In this document: positions 27,672 through 36,620 of the stretch, in pieces
Layout: each line of letters opens with the position of its first letter
Numbering within the stretch: the first letter of the stretch is position 1
Source of the DNA: an uncultured Oscillospiraceae bacterium
Lineage (GTDB): Bacteria > Bacillota > Clostridia > Oscillospirales > Oscillospiraceae
Assembly (NCBI GenBank): GCA_900752445.1
Contig: CAADVN010000050.1
Coordinates: 1-42,410 of the forward strand
Length of the DNA: 42,410 bases
Direction: 5' to 3'
The notes under the pieces: model-generated
Told to the model about the DNA's origin: nothing
What the model saw: the letters and a program-made list of their open reading frames with translations, nothing else
Database searches by the model: none
Program-made: the position numbers and the translations under genes

Positions 27672-29285
27672 TTATTCGTCGGGCAAGTCCACCTTGCCGA
27701 CAAAGGAGTAGTAGATTTCAATTTCCTGCCTGCGGTGCTTGTTCTCGTCGTAACTGCACTCATGCACTACGATCTTCTCGATAAACTCCCGCAGCAGGGT
27801 AGGGGTCAGCTCCTCAAAGCTGATGTGCCTGCGGACGATGTTCATAAAACGCTCCGCATTGACCGACGCTTCCTGCGCCTTGGAAAGCTCCGCTTGCAGC
27901 TCGGCGGCGTGTGCCCTGACCTGCCGCTGCTCGGCTTCATAGTCTGCGGAAAGTTCCGCAAAGCGTTCATCAGAAATACGCCCGGTCACACTGTCCTCAT
28001 AAAGCCGCTTGAAGATAGCGGACAGCTCCGCAATCCGCTTTTCGGCTGCGTCCAGTTCCTTTCGCTTGGCAGCGTTGCGGCGTTTGCCGCCGTCCTCGTT
28101 CTGCTCGATCAACAGCTTCATAAAATGCTTTTCGTGCTTGGCGGCGTAGGCGGTGATCTTCCTGAGATTCGCCGTCACGCCCGCTGTCAGAAGGTCAGTG
28201 CGGATAAAGTGCGCCGTGCAGCTCTTGACACGCCGTTTGTAGTTGCCGCAGATGTAGCAGTCCTGCTTGCGGGTCTTGTTCTCATACCGCTGCTGGTAAA
28301 GGACGCTGCCGCAGTCGGCGCAGAACAATATGCCGGAGAACAGACCGACTTCATCATAGCGGTTTGGACGCTTGCGCTGCTTGCGTAATTCCTGCACACG
28401 CTCCCATGTGGCAAGGTCAATGATTGGCTCATGGGTATTCTCGAAAATGACCTGTTTTTCTTCGGGATTTTCCACGCTTGATTTGACCTTGTAGGACACT
28501 TTCTCGGTCTTGAAGTTTACCGTATGCCCCAGATATTCCTTGCGTTCAAGGATATGGACAATCGTGTTGGTCGCCCACTTGTAGGGATAATCGGGGTAGT
28601 AACGGCGTGTGCTGCCTGTCCTGCGGTATTCCAATGTACCCGGTGTTGGGATTTGCTGCTCGGTCAATATACGGGCGATTTTGGTCGGACCGTTCCCGGC
28701 AAGGCACAAGCTGAAAATCTGCTTGACGACCGGGGCAGCTTCTTCGTCCACGATAAAGCGTCCGTCCTCGCCTTTGAGATAGCCATAGACCGGCTGACTT
28801 GTGATAGGCTTGCCACTCATGCCTTTGCTGCGGAAAACTGCCTTGATTTTCTTGCTCGTATCTCTCACCATCCATTCGTTGAAGATATTACGCAGAGGGG
28901 CAAAATCATTGTCGCCCTGTGCGCTGTCCACTCCATCGTTGATAGCGATAAAGCGAACGCCCCTTTGTGGGAAAATCATGTCCGTATACATTCCCACTTG
29001 GAGATAGTTTCGCCCTAATCTCGACATATCCTTGACAATGACCGTTCCGACTTTCCCGGCTTCAATATCCGCAAGCATGGCCTGAAAACCGGGTCTTTGG
29101 AAGTTCGCACCGGAGTACCCATCGTCCGTGTACCATTGGAGATTGGTAAAGCCGTTCTGCTTTGCATAGCTTTCCAAAATACGCTTCTGGTTGGAGATGG
29201 AATTACTCTCGCCCTGCAATTCATCTTCATGGGATAATCTCGGATAAAGGGCAGTAATGAGGTTTTGGGTTGTCTGTCTAATCAT
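27672..29285 (-). CDS. Large serine recombinase (TnpX/TndX-like)
   Basis: N-terminal resolvase domain YPRLSHEDELQGESNSISNQ...DDGYSG...VKDMSRLGRN, a recombinase domain, a zinc ribbon (CADCGSVLY...CYICGNY) and a C-terminal coiled coil. GGAGG lies 5 nt before the ATG at 29285; the track start is 29297. Confidence 0.92.
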   Translation of the reverse strand: MIRQTTQNLITALYPRLSHEDELQGESNSISNQKRILESYAKQNGFTNLQWYTDDGYSGANFQRPGFQAMLADIEAGKVGTVIVKDMSRLGRNYLQVGMYTDMIFPQRGVRFIAINDGVDSAQGDNDFAPLRNIFNEWMVRDTSKKIKAVFRSKGMSGKPITSQPVYGYLKGEDGRFIVDEEAAPVVKQIFSLCLAGNGPTKIARILTEQQIPTPGTLEYRRTGSTRRYYPDYPYKWATNTIVHILERKEYLGHTVNFKTEKVSYKVKSSVENPEEKQVIFENTHEPIIDLATWERVQELRKQRKRPNRYDEVGLFSGILFCADCGSVLYQQRYENKTRKQDCYICGNYKRRVKSCTAHFIRTDLLTAGVTANLRKITAYAAKHEKHFMKLLIEQNEDGGKRRNAAKRKELDAAEKRIAELSAIFKRLYEDSVTGRISDERFAELSADYEAEQRQVRAHAAELQAELSKAQEASVNAERFMNIVRRHISFEELTPTLLREFIEKIVVHECSYDENKHRRQEIEIYYSFVGKVDLPDE

Positions 29286-29426
29286 GGTTTCCTCCATTTC
29301 CGACAGCCAGCCCCGCTATTCCGTAAGGAAATTATATCACACGGGGCGGCTGTCTGTATAGCTGGTAAATGTGAATTTTGCTTCTTTATCGCCCGTCATT
29401 ATGACGATTTTTTGGAATTAGGCTTG

Positions 29427-29630
29427 TCATGCAGTATAACTTGGCTTGTGTGTAGCTGCGGTTTCCGCTTCAAGCACTTTCATCATCTTGTCGGCTGCGG
29501 TGGCTGTGGTATCTTTCTTGAAAAAGCCGGACACAACAAGCACGGTGTTACCCATGCGGATCTCCGTCACGCAGTCCGGGCGGCGGTCGGTGCGGTCATT
29601 GTTATTCTGTTTGTTTTCTGTCATAGGCAA
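29427..29630 (-). CDS. Small protein, possibly TnpW-like (transposon-encoded)
   Basis: 67-aa ORF between the recombinase and DnaC-like genes. From recall only, ...MGNTVLVVSGFFKKDTTATAADKMMKVL resembles the small TnpW proteins of Tn4451-type elements. Confidence 0.45.
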   Translation of the reverse strand: MPMTENKQNNNDRTDRRPDCVTEIRMGNTVLVVSGFFKKDTTATAADKMMKVLEAETAATHKPSYTA

Positions 29631-29636
29631 CTCCTT

Positions 29637-30476
29637 TCACTTCAACAGTTCTTTTAGTCCATTGAGCTTGGCTTGTGCCGTTTCCTTTCGGAAGTTCTCG
29701 CCTGTAAAGAGGATAGGCAGACACATTTCAAGCACTCGGTCATAGATACGGGCGTGGGCGGTGTCCTGTGGATTTTGCAGTTCCGTAAGGCTTAGATTGG
29801 TGGTGACAATCAGCGGCTTTCGGCTGCGGTATCGGCTGTCAATTACATTGTAGACCTGTTCCAAACCGTACTCTGTGCCACGCTCCATACCAAAATCATC
29901 AAGTATCAGCAGAGGGAAACGGCAAAGACGCTCGATATATTCGTTTCGCCCCTCAAAGCTGGCAGTTAAATCATTCAGTATCGCAGAAAAGTTTGTCATG
30001 CGGACGGAGATTTCCTGTTCCATAAGGGCATTGGCAATGCACCCGGCAAAATAGCTTTTTCCTGTGCCTACCTTGCCCCACAAGAGCAGACCATAGTTGT
30101 TTTCTCTCATCTGCTCCCAATGCTCCACATATAAATGTGCCTTGCTCATCTGCGGGCATTTGCCGTTGTCATGTGCAAAAGTCCATTCCTGCATGGTGAG
30201 GTCGGTAAAGCCCCGGCGTTTCAGTTCCATAACGGTGTCAAGGTGTCGTCTGCGTTCCTCGGCGGATTCACATTCCAAACGCTTCTCCCGTTGGCAGTCA
30301 CATTCTGTCGGGTGCTTGTCATGCCCCAACCATGCGGCGGTTTCTTTGGGAAAGTAGGCTTCTTTCGCCGTGCGGCACTTGCCGCAGTAAAGCAGACCGT
30401 CCTCGCCCGTGTAGTCCTCCGGCTCTGCGGTAGTAGTCATCATATTCAAAACGGTATCGGTAAAAAGTTCAGTCAT
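29637..30476 (-). CDS. DnaC/IstB-like AAA+ ATPase (replication helper)
   Basis: Walker A LLLWGKVGTGKS and Walker B LLILDDFGMER, with a Cys-rich N-terminal region. Its start overlaps the end of the replisome-organizer gene. Confidence 0.85.
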   Translation of the reverse strand: MTELFTDTVLNMMTTTAEPEDYTGEDGLLYCGKCRTAKEAYFPKETAAWLGHDKHPTECDCQREKRLECESAEERRRHLDTVMELKRRGFTDLTMQEWTFAHDNGKCPQMSKAHLYVEHWEQMRENNYGLLLWGKVGTGKSYFAGCIANALMEQEISVRMTNFSAILNDLTASFEGRNEYIERLCRFPLLILDDFGMERGTEYGLEQVYNVIDSRYRSRKPLIVTTNLSLTELQNPQDTAHARIYDRVLEMCLPILFTGENFRKETAQAKLNGLKELLK

Positions 30477-31216
30477 AAACTCTCGCCCTCCTTAAAGGTG
30501 TAATCGGGTATGCCTTTTTTCGGCGGTTTCTTGGCTTCGTCCTCCTGCGCCCACTTGTATATCGTGGCTGCATGGCTACGGTATTTCGTTCCTTTGGACG
30601 CTATATGAGTAGATAAGCGGTCAATATAATACTCCCATTTGTCGGGCAGTTCCGCTTTCAGCTCGTCCAGTTCCGTATCGGAAAGAAAAACATTGTTGTA
30701 TCTGCCATAGCTGCGGGCGGGGGCTTGTCCCGTTTCTAACTCTCTCTCTTTTTCTATCTCTATATCTATCTCTTTCTTTATCTCTATCTCTGGTGGACGA
30801 ATGTCGGACAAATGTCCGCCGTTTGTCCGGGGTGGTGGCAAAGCCTTGTTTGCAAGCCTTGCTGCCCGTTTTCGTTCCGCTTCGGTAGAGGATTGCCCTA
30901 TCATCAGTTCAATATCGGTCATGTAGAGCAAGCCGCCGTGTAGCTGCTCCACAAGCCCCAACTGCTGAAAAATCCCTAACGCCCGTTCCACCGTGCCTAC
31001 CTGCTGACGGGTAAGAGTGGCGATCATCTGTGCTGTGTAAGGGATATTCTCGTCAAGCTGCAACTTGCCGCCGTTTTTCAGCGATTTTAAGTACAGCTTC
31101 AAGAGAATGTTGGAATAGAGAATACCGTCCGGCATACTCTCCAACAGCACGATAGCGTCATCATCAAAATAGCTTTCTTTCAGTTTGAGGTAGTAATATT
31201 TGCGGTTATCTGCCAT
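30473..31216 (-). CDS. Phage-type replisome organizer / DnaD-like protein
   Basis: The N-terminus MADNRKYYYLKLKESYFDDDAIVLLESMPDGILYSNILLKLYL matches the phage replisome organizer N-terminal domain pattern. Confidence 0.8.
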   Translation of the reverse strand: MADNRKYYYLKLKESYFDDDAIVLLESMPDGILYSNILLKLYLKSLKNGGKLQLDENIPYTAQMIATLTRQQVGTVERALGIFQQLGLVEQLHGGLLYMTDIELMIGQSSTEAERKRAARLANKALPPPRTNGGHLSDIRPPEIEIKKEIDIEIEKERELETGQAPARSYGRYNNVFLSDTELDELKAELPDKWEYYIDRLSTHIASKGTKYRSHAATIYKWAQEDEAKKPPKKGIPDYTFKEGESL

Positions 31217-31400
31217 AGGCGGTGTCCTCCTTTGGTTTCCAACGCTTGGAGTAATACCGGTGGCAGAGGATAATCACGGTTCGGAAACTCTGCTTGCAAT
31301 CGTGGGTGCAGCCCCGGCAAAGGTCGTTATAGGTAATTCGGTTTCGGTGGTTGAGGAAAAAGCTCCATTCAAGCCGCCGTTTGTTGCTCATGCGTGGCAT
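31206..31400 (-). CDS. Small Cys-rich hypothetical protein
   Basis: MPRMSNKRRLEWSFFLNHRNRITYNDLCRGCTHDCKQSF...LCHRYY. AAAGGAG lies 7 nt upstream of the ATG at 31400, and the gene overlaps the next start. Function unknown. Confidence 0.5.
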   Translation of the reverse strand: MPRMSNKRRLEWSFFLNHRNRITYNDLCRGCTHDCKQSFRTVIILCHRYYSKRWKPKEDTAYGR

Positions 31401-31585
31401 TGGTACGCTCCTTTCTGCCGTTTCCGTGGGTATCACGGATAGGGCGGGAAAACTGTATCTTCTCGGTATCATTTTCGGGGATTTTTTGCCCTGTACGCCC
31501 TGTTTTGAGGTCGGGGAGTATTGCGGATAGGGGTAAGGGCATATCCCTGTTTTTGTTTGGTTTCGGTATCATTTCGGGGCGGTTT

Positions 31586-33211
31586 TTAACGCTCCTGTTC
31601 ATGCTTTTTCTGTCGGCTCGGCTCGCCGTGGTGCATTTGGGAAAGATTGCTTTTCATGGTCTGCAACTCCCGGACACGCTCTTTATTTGCCCGGTACTCG
31701 TTGTAAAGGGCGTTCTTCTCGGCGGTAAGCTGCTCGATTTCAGCCTGCAACGATTTATAGGTGGGCAGCTTGGTAATGCCTTTTTGCCGAAAATATCTTA
31801 CGGCTGCGTCTGCTATGATAAAGTCGCTTTCATGCTTTTCCCGGTAGGCTTTGCGTGCCTTATCGGTTTTCTGCTTTTTCAATCCGTCACGCACATCTCT
31901 TGTCTTGGCATAGGCAAGCACCTGTTTCTGCAAGTCCTTTTTCTCACGGATAGCCGTTTCAATGGGCTTCAGCTTGGCGGTGCTGCTGTGTAAATCCGCA
32001 TTGGCAGACACAAGGGCTGCGTCCAGTTCATCCGGGGTAAAGCCGTATTGCTCCATAGCGGCAACGGTAGCCGCCATCTGTTTGAGATTGTGGACAGCCG
32101 CCCAACGGTCATAGCCGATACCTTTTCCCTCGGCTCGCTTCGCCGCACGGTCAACCATTCTCTGAATGTTGCCTGTCGGGGCGATTTTCTGCGTTTTTCC
32201 TCGCTCTGTGCGGTTTGTTTCAGCGGTATGGTATTCGGGTATGGGTACGGTCTTTTCGGCGGCTCTGTGGGCGTTCTGCTCCAAAAGAGTAAGAACAGCA
32301 GCACGGTCAAAATCATCTCCCAGTTTTCGGGCGGTAATGGGTTTCGTTCTGTCCGGGGTAAGGTAGGACAATCGCCCTCGGCTCTCTTTGACGGTCACGC
32401 CCTGTTGCAGAAGTAAAGCGGAAAACTCGTCAAAGGTGGTCGCTTCGCTCATGGCATTCCGTATGGTCTGCCGCAACTTCGCCTTGTCGGTTTCAAACTT
32501 GGTCTGCTTTACAGGCTTCCCCTCGGCTGCAAGGGCGGCATTTTCCTTGTCAAGTTTGGCTTGTCCTTTTTTATGCGCCCAATACTCACGCTCGGTAATG
32601 CGGTTTTTGCTGCCATGCAATAGGTCAATCTGATAGAGATTTTCCCGGTGGCACATCTCCATGACCTCGGCTTTGAAGTATTCCATAGCAGCGTCCGTAC
32701 AGCGGTGCTTGCACCCGGCACGGGTATCTGCCGGTCTGTCCATGTAGGGCAGTAAGGGTACTTCCTCGATACGCAGAGAATTGATAACAATGTGAACATG
32801 GATATTGCCGCTGTGGTTGTGTCCGTCCGGGTGGGTACAGACAATGGCTTGGTGTCCTGGGAAATGCTCGGCACAAAATTCCTCGCCCAATGCTTGCGCC
32901 CGGTCTACGGTCAAGCCGTTGTCCGCTGCGTCCCGTGGGTCAAAGGAAATGATATAGTGGTGGCTTTTCACATCTTCCCGTTTTTGGTTCTTGCCGTATC
33001 GGAGATTTGCCCGCATACAGGCAACGGCAAAATCTTCCTCGCCGCAGTTCAGCGTGGCTATTCGGTAATCCTCCCGGAGTATGAGCCGCCCGGCTTCGTC
33101 AAGGGTGGGCTTCATGGTAAACTCGTCATGCTCAAAGGTTAGATACTGCTCGGCTGCACCGTAGTCCGCATTTTTAGAGCTGATATGCTTGAATGTTGCC
33201 AACAGCGTCAC
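31586..33211 (-). CDS. Relaxase/mobilization nuclease (MobA/VirD2 family)
   Basis: N-terminal Tyr region (SKNADYGAAEQYL), the histidine triad HPDGHNHSGNIHVHIVINS, and a long coiled-coil C-terminus. The start is GTG at 33211 or TTG at 33202. Confidence 0.9.
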   Translation of the reverse strand: MTLLATFKHISSKNADYGAAEQYLTFEHDEFTMKPTLDEAGRLILREDYRIATLNCGEEDFAVACMRANLRYGKNQKREDVKSHHYIISFDPRDAADNGLTVDRAQALGEEFCAEHFPGHQAIVCTHPDGHNHSGNIHVHIVINSLRIEEVPLLPYMDRPADTRAGCKHRCTDAAMEYFKAEVMEMCHRENLYQIDLLHGSKNRITEREYWAHKKGQAKLDKENAALAAEGKPVKQTKFETDKAKLRQTIRNAMSEATTFDEFSALLLQQGVTVKESRGRLSYLTPDRTKPITARKLGDDFDRAAVLTLLEQNAHRAAEKTVPIPEYHTAETNRTERGKTQKIAPTGNIQRMVDRAAKRAEGKGIGYDRWAAVHNLKQMAATVAAMEQYGFTPDELDAALVSANADLHSSTAKLKPIETAIREKKDLQKQVLAYAKTRDVRDGLKKQKTDKARKAYREKHESDFIIADAAVRYFRQKGITKLPTYKSLQAEIEQLTAEKNALYNEYRANKERVRELQTMKSNLSQMHHGEPSRQKKHEQER

Positions 33212-33581
33212 CTACCTTTCGCAAGACTTCAAACTTCAAGGCGGCAAGGTCGGAAATGGCGGCTCGCACTTCAACGGACAGCGTATTGTAGGGCGTTCCG
33301 TATTCGTTGAGGGCACGGGCGATCTGATTAAGGTTGCCGCCGATTTTTCCGTATTCGGCTATCAACTTTCCAACAGCGGACAGCAGTTCATCATTGACCG
33401 GGGAAACGGTAACAATGGGGCGAATGGTCGCCCTTGTAATGGCTTGTCGGATAAACTCGGCTTGGCTCATGTCATAATTCTTTAGCCGTTCCGTGAAGTC
33501 GGCATATTCTTCTTCGGTCATGCGTGTCTTGACTACATGGCTTCGGTGGGGCGTATTGTATCGCTTTCCTATGGGTATCAA
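33174..33581 (-). CDS. mobC: MobC-type relaxosome accessory protein
   Basis: RMTEEEYADFTERL...SQAEFIRQAI and GKIGGNLNQIARALN match the MobC family. The start codon is uncertain because the TTG at 33581 abuts the RBS. Confidence 0.85.
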   Translation of the reverse strand: MIPIGKRYNTPHRSHVVKTRMTEEEYADFTERLKNYDMSQAEFIRQAITRATIRPIVTVSPVNDELLSAVGKLIAEYGKIGGNLNQIARALNEYGTPYNTLSVEVRAAISDLAALKFEVLRKVGDAVGNIQAYQL

Positions 33582-33867
33582 CTCCTTTCACTTACCGCCG
33601 TTTTGTGGGCGATTTTTTAAGTATTTTTTGGTGGGATTTTCAAGCGGCACAAGCCGCATAGCAGGGTTTGGGGAAGGCACTCCCCAACAAGATTCCGATG
33701 GGGCAGAATGAGCGAACGGCGAATTATGGCACCTCGGTAGAATCTTGCTCTGACAACTCACGCTCTGCTCCTGCCGTAAAACTGCGTATTTCTCCCTCTG
33801 CTGCCTACAACGACAGGAAAGGCATTTTGCCAAAGAATGTGGATAATTTTTTTGAAAAAATGGGCGT

Positions 33868-33894
33868 GAAAAAACGGCTTGCCATGCAAACCGT
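33868..33894 (-). terminator. Minus-strand hairpin with T-run in the non-coding stretch upstream of mobC
   Basis: The minus strand reads ACGGTTTGC-ATG-GCAAGCCGT followed by TTTTTTCAC. Confidence 0.4.
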
Positions 33895-33981
33895 TCAAAA
33901 AACATATACTTGATTTATGAGAAATCAACCTGAGATCAGGGAGGGCAGGCACAGCTTGTGCTTGCCCTCCTTGTCTGCCGA

Positions 33982-34061
33982 AAAGCGAAACAAGCTGCGG
34001 CTGTCAATGGCGCGTAAGCGTTTATCTCGACCATTGACGGGTGCAGCCTGTTTTGCTATCT
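33982..34061 (+). repeat. Direct repeat copy A (left of the cargo block)
   Basis: It aligns without gaps to 37700-37779. By my manual count, 57 of 80 positions are identical. Perfect blocks are CTGTCAATGGCG (34001-34012) and GCCTGTTTTGCTATCT (34046-34061). It contains the stem GTCAATGG / CCATTGAC. Confidence 0.7.
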
Positions 34062-34340
34062 TTCGTGATGAATTTATAGAAGACGATGCCCTCATTTTTC
34101 TCTGCGGCACAATATCGGTAGCCGCCACCAATATTGTCTAAAGACAGGAGCAAGGAGTTTTCATATGGGCAATTCGCACCGTTCCCCTTTACCATTTTCA
34201 AAGTGCCTCTCACAGCTGCCCGTTCATAGAAAATTCACAAACAGATTACTGCCGCCATATTGAAAAAGATGGTCATTATATGGTAGACTTATTATGCGGA
34301 TAGAATACCTATCTGACAAACTATGATTGGAGGTAACGCC

Positions 34341-34445
34341 ATGTATCGTCCCAATGATGCCCGGTTCGGTTTTGCGTGTTGGTGGTATTGGTGCGGCTCC
34401 CGATTATGGAGAGGTCGTATCAAAATCGTTTCTGTTGGCGCATAG
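34341..34445 (+). CDS. Candidate 34-aa Trp/Cys-rich small ORF
   Basis: GGAGG lies 7 nt upstream of the ATG. The translation is MYRPNDARFGFACWWYWCGSRLWRGRIKIVSVGA*. The stop is embedded in a hairpin with a T-run. There is no homology evidence. Confidence 0.3.
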   Translation: MYRPNDARFGFACWWYWCGSRLWRGRIKIVSVGA

Positions 34446-34483
34446 GCCGGACTGGTGATTAGTCGGCTTGTGCGCCTTTTTCT
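34437..34483 (+). terminator. Compound hairpin with T-run (terminator, or alternatively an oriT-like site)
   Basis: Outer stem GGCGCA / TGCGCC and inner stem GCCGGACT / AGTCGGC, followed by TTTTT (34477-34481). Confidence 0.5.
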
Positions 34484-34831
34484 TGCACAATAGGATGGTT
34501 GTTGTTTATCCTTAAAAGAATTGTAGAATTTCTACGACCCACAACGAAGTATTCGTACTTATTAACTGAAAGAGACTGCACCGGGTTATACATCTCTGCC
34601 GGAAGTGGTACAGGAAATTCATCATACCGATACCGAAGGTGGAATGAGCATAATTGTGTTCAATACTCGGTATGGGTTTATGCGCTGGGCTGCTTATTTC
34701 GCCCTCTGCTTTTGGAGGTTAAGATTGAAATTCAACAGGTATGTTGCATAGTACTTATCGTTTACAATATGATTTAAGACTATGCGCAGTTGTTAGATGC
34801 TACGAATATCTATTGCAAAGGAGTGATTATT

Positions 34832-35434
34832 TTGAAACCGAAAAGACTGTTGGCTGTATTGCTAACACTAATTTTAACCTGTTCATTTGTAACTTCTGCA
34901 TCAGCAGCTTCTTGTGGTGAATATGTTGATTGGACATGGAAAAATGGCACCTCATCGTTATCTGTGCAGATGTTCCCGTCTGCATACGATTTTTATGATA
35001 ATATTTATGCCGTTTACCAGTCTTGGAATGACATATCCTCAGCGGTTTCCATTGATGGATTTACATACTACGCAGATGGAACTAACCAAAATAAGGATAT
35101 TCAAATTGTTGGTGCTGCACTTACGGGAACAACTTTAGCGAACACAAGTATATATAGCAAAAACATTCTAGGTGTTTATACCCAGCAAGGTTTTTGGTCT
35201 TATACAGGAAAAGTTAGTAAAGCTGTTATCACCATTGACACATCAGGTAGATTTGGTGGACAGACAGACACATGGGAAAGAAAAACAATAATCCATGAAT
35301 TGGGACACGCACTGGCGTTAGATCATCCGTCCTGTACTAACCGAGCTATTATGCACCAAACCAGTTCTTCTTATGTTTCAAGTTCAATGCAATCACACGA
35401 TAGAGATTGTCTGATTGAGAAATGGGGTGAATAA
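34832..35434 (+). CDS. Secreted metzincin-like zinc metalloprotease (matrixin/M10-like)
   Basis: AGGAG precedes the TTG start at 34832. Signal peptide KPKRLLAVLLTLILTCSFVTSASA. Zinc motif HELGHALALDH (HExxHxxGxxH with G replaced by A) and a Met-turn candidate AIMH. Confidence 0.8.
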   Translation: MKPKRLLAVLLTLILTCSFVTSASAASCGEYVDWTWKNGTSSLSVQMFPSAYDFYDNIYAVYQSWNDISSAVSIDGFTYYADGTNQNKDIQIVGAALTGTTLANTSIYSKNILGVYTQQGFWSYTGKVSKAVITIDTSGRFGGQTDTWERKTIIHELGHALALDHPSCTNRAIMHQTSSSYVSSSMQSHDRDCLIEKWGE

Positions 35435-35436
35435 GT

Positions 35437-36057
35437 ATGACTAAAAGAACAAAAAGCATTCCGGTTTTGCTTGGTACTCTATTCCTGTTGATTCTTGTTG
35501 TTGCTGCTTCTTTAACTTCATTTTTGGGAAGCAAGACGCATTACAATATTCTTGCAACCGACAGATTGCAATTAGCACCTACTTATGCTGACTTGCAAAA
35601 TGTAAGTGATATTGTTGTTAAAGCGACAGTTATTCCCGGAAAAGAAAACAAGTTAATTACAGCAGACGATGGCACAGTTGTCTTTGGCTATACCATTACG
35701 CAGCTTAATGTCACAGAAGTATTCAAAGGAAATATCAATGAGGACTATCCCATTAACATTACCGAAGAATACTACACTCTTTCAGGAAATGGGAATGAGG
35801 TTTACACCCAAGGAAATTATATGCCCGCACAAGAAAGTGGCGAATATATTTTCTTCTTAAAAGCATACGACAGCACCAGCCCCTATGCCGGAATGTATTT
35901 TCCTGTTGATTTGGAGTATGGTAAGTATTCTGTTGATCTGGCTGAAACCTTTACTACACCAGCAAATGCTTCAGCAGCAGAATATGAGGTCATTGCCCTT
36001 GATGAAAAATATGTTGAGTTTGCCACAAGAGTAATTGAAGATTATTTACAAAACTAA
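35437..36057 (+). CDS. Hypothetical membrane-anchored extracytoplasmic protein
   Basis: 206 aa, starting 3 nt after the protease stop. N-terminal TM segment IPVLLGTLFLLILVVAASLTSFL. No family recognised. Confidence 0.65.
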   Translation: MTKRTKSIPVLLGTLFLLILVVAASLTSFLGSKTHYNILATDRLQLAPTYADLQNVSDIVVKATVIPGKENKLITADDGTVVFGYTITQLNVTEVFKGNINEDYPINITEEYYTLSGNGNEVYTQGNYMPAQESGEYIFFLKAYDSTSPYAGMYFPVDLEYGKYSVDLAETFTTPANASAAEYEVIALDEKYVEFATRVIEDYLQN

Positions 36058-36072
36058 GAAAGGAAATTCAAA

Positions 36073-36540
36073 ATGAAAAAGAGAATTTTTGCATTAGCAG
36101 TAGCAGTCATGATGTTGGCTTCTTTTGCTACAACCGCTTCTGCTGCCGAAACGCAGAATCCATACGAACTGCCCTATGATGTAGATAGCGGAGAAATGTT
36201 TGAATGTAGCGAATCCCTTGCCGTGGGAGATATACGAACCAGAGCTATTTTAGGAACAGGCACCCTTTACCATTCCGACCCTCTCATCGGTTATCCAAAA
36301 GCATACGCCTATACAGAGGCCTACGACACTTCATATAAAGTTCGTGCAAAATGCGATGTCAACAGTAACGGTGAGGGTGTCGATACAACAGGTTGGAAAG
36401 AGCTTAAAAACACCAAAGCGTGTAACTCCGGCACAATTCAAGCAACCACGGCTCGTTGTATTTTCGATGGCTTCCACGAAATTCAGACAACTTCCACTTC
36501 CAGCATGGGATCTGCTCAAACTACGGCATCCTATAATTGA
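36073..36540 (+). CDS. Hypothetical small secreted protein with 4 Cys
   Basis: 155 aa with AAGGAAA upstream. Signal peptide MKKRIFALAVAVMMLASFATTASA. No family recognised. Confidence 0.65.
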   Translation: MKKRIFALAVAVMMLASFATTASAAETQNPYELPYDVDSGEMFECSESLAVGDIRTRAILGTGTLYHSDPLIGYPKAYAYTEAYDTSYKVRAKCDVNSNGEGVDTTGWKELKNTKACNSGTIQATTARCIFDGFHEIQTTSTSSMGSAQTTASYN

Positions 36541-36549
36541 TTAAACCAC

Positions 36550-36600
36550 GGGGCATAACAATAATCTGCAAATGTGTGGGGAATTGTTATGCCCCACTTT
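36550..36600 (+). terminator. Hairpin after the three-gene cargo operon
   Basis: Perfect 13-bp stem GGGGCATAACAAT / ATTGTTATGCCCC (36550-36562 and 36583-36595) followed by ACTTTAT. The loop is long (20 nt) and the T-run is weak. Confidence 0.55.
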
Positions 36601-36620
36601 ATAGGGAGAGGTATATGTAA

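Noticed and set aside
33588-33952. ORFs of 105, 81 and 64 aa in the region upstream of mobC
   Set aside because: They overlap one another on both strands in a hairpin-rich region that most likely holds the mob promoter and oriT. None has an RBS or motifs.
34022-34213. 63-aa minus-strand ORF (or 57 aa from the ATG at 34195) overlapping direct repeat copy A
   Set aside because: It has a weak GAGAGG RBS and a distant downstream terminator (33868-33894), so it cannot be excluded. However, the repeat it overlaps is not conserved as a reading frame in copy B, and no family is recognisable. It is left uncalled.
34499-34777. 92-aa ORF upstream of the metzincin gene
   Set aside because: No RBS, odd composition, and it lies in the likely promoter/leader region of the cargo operon.
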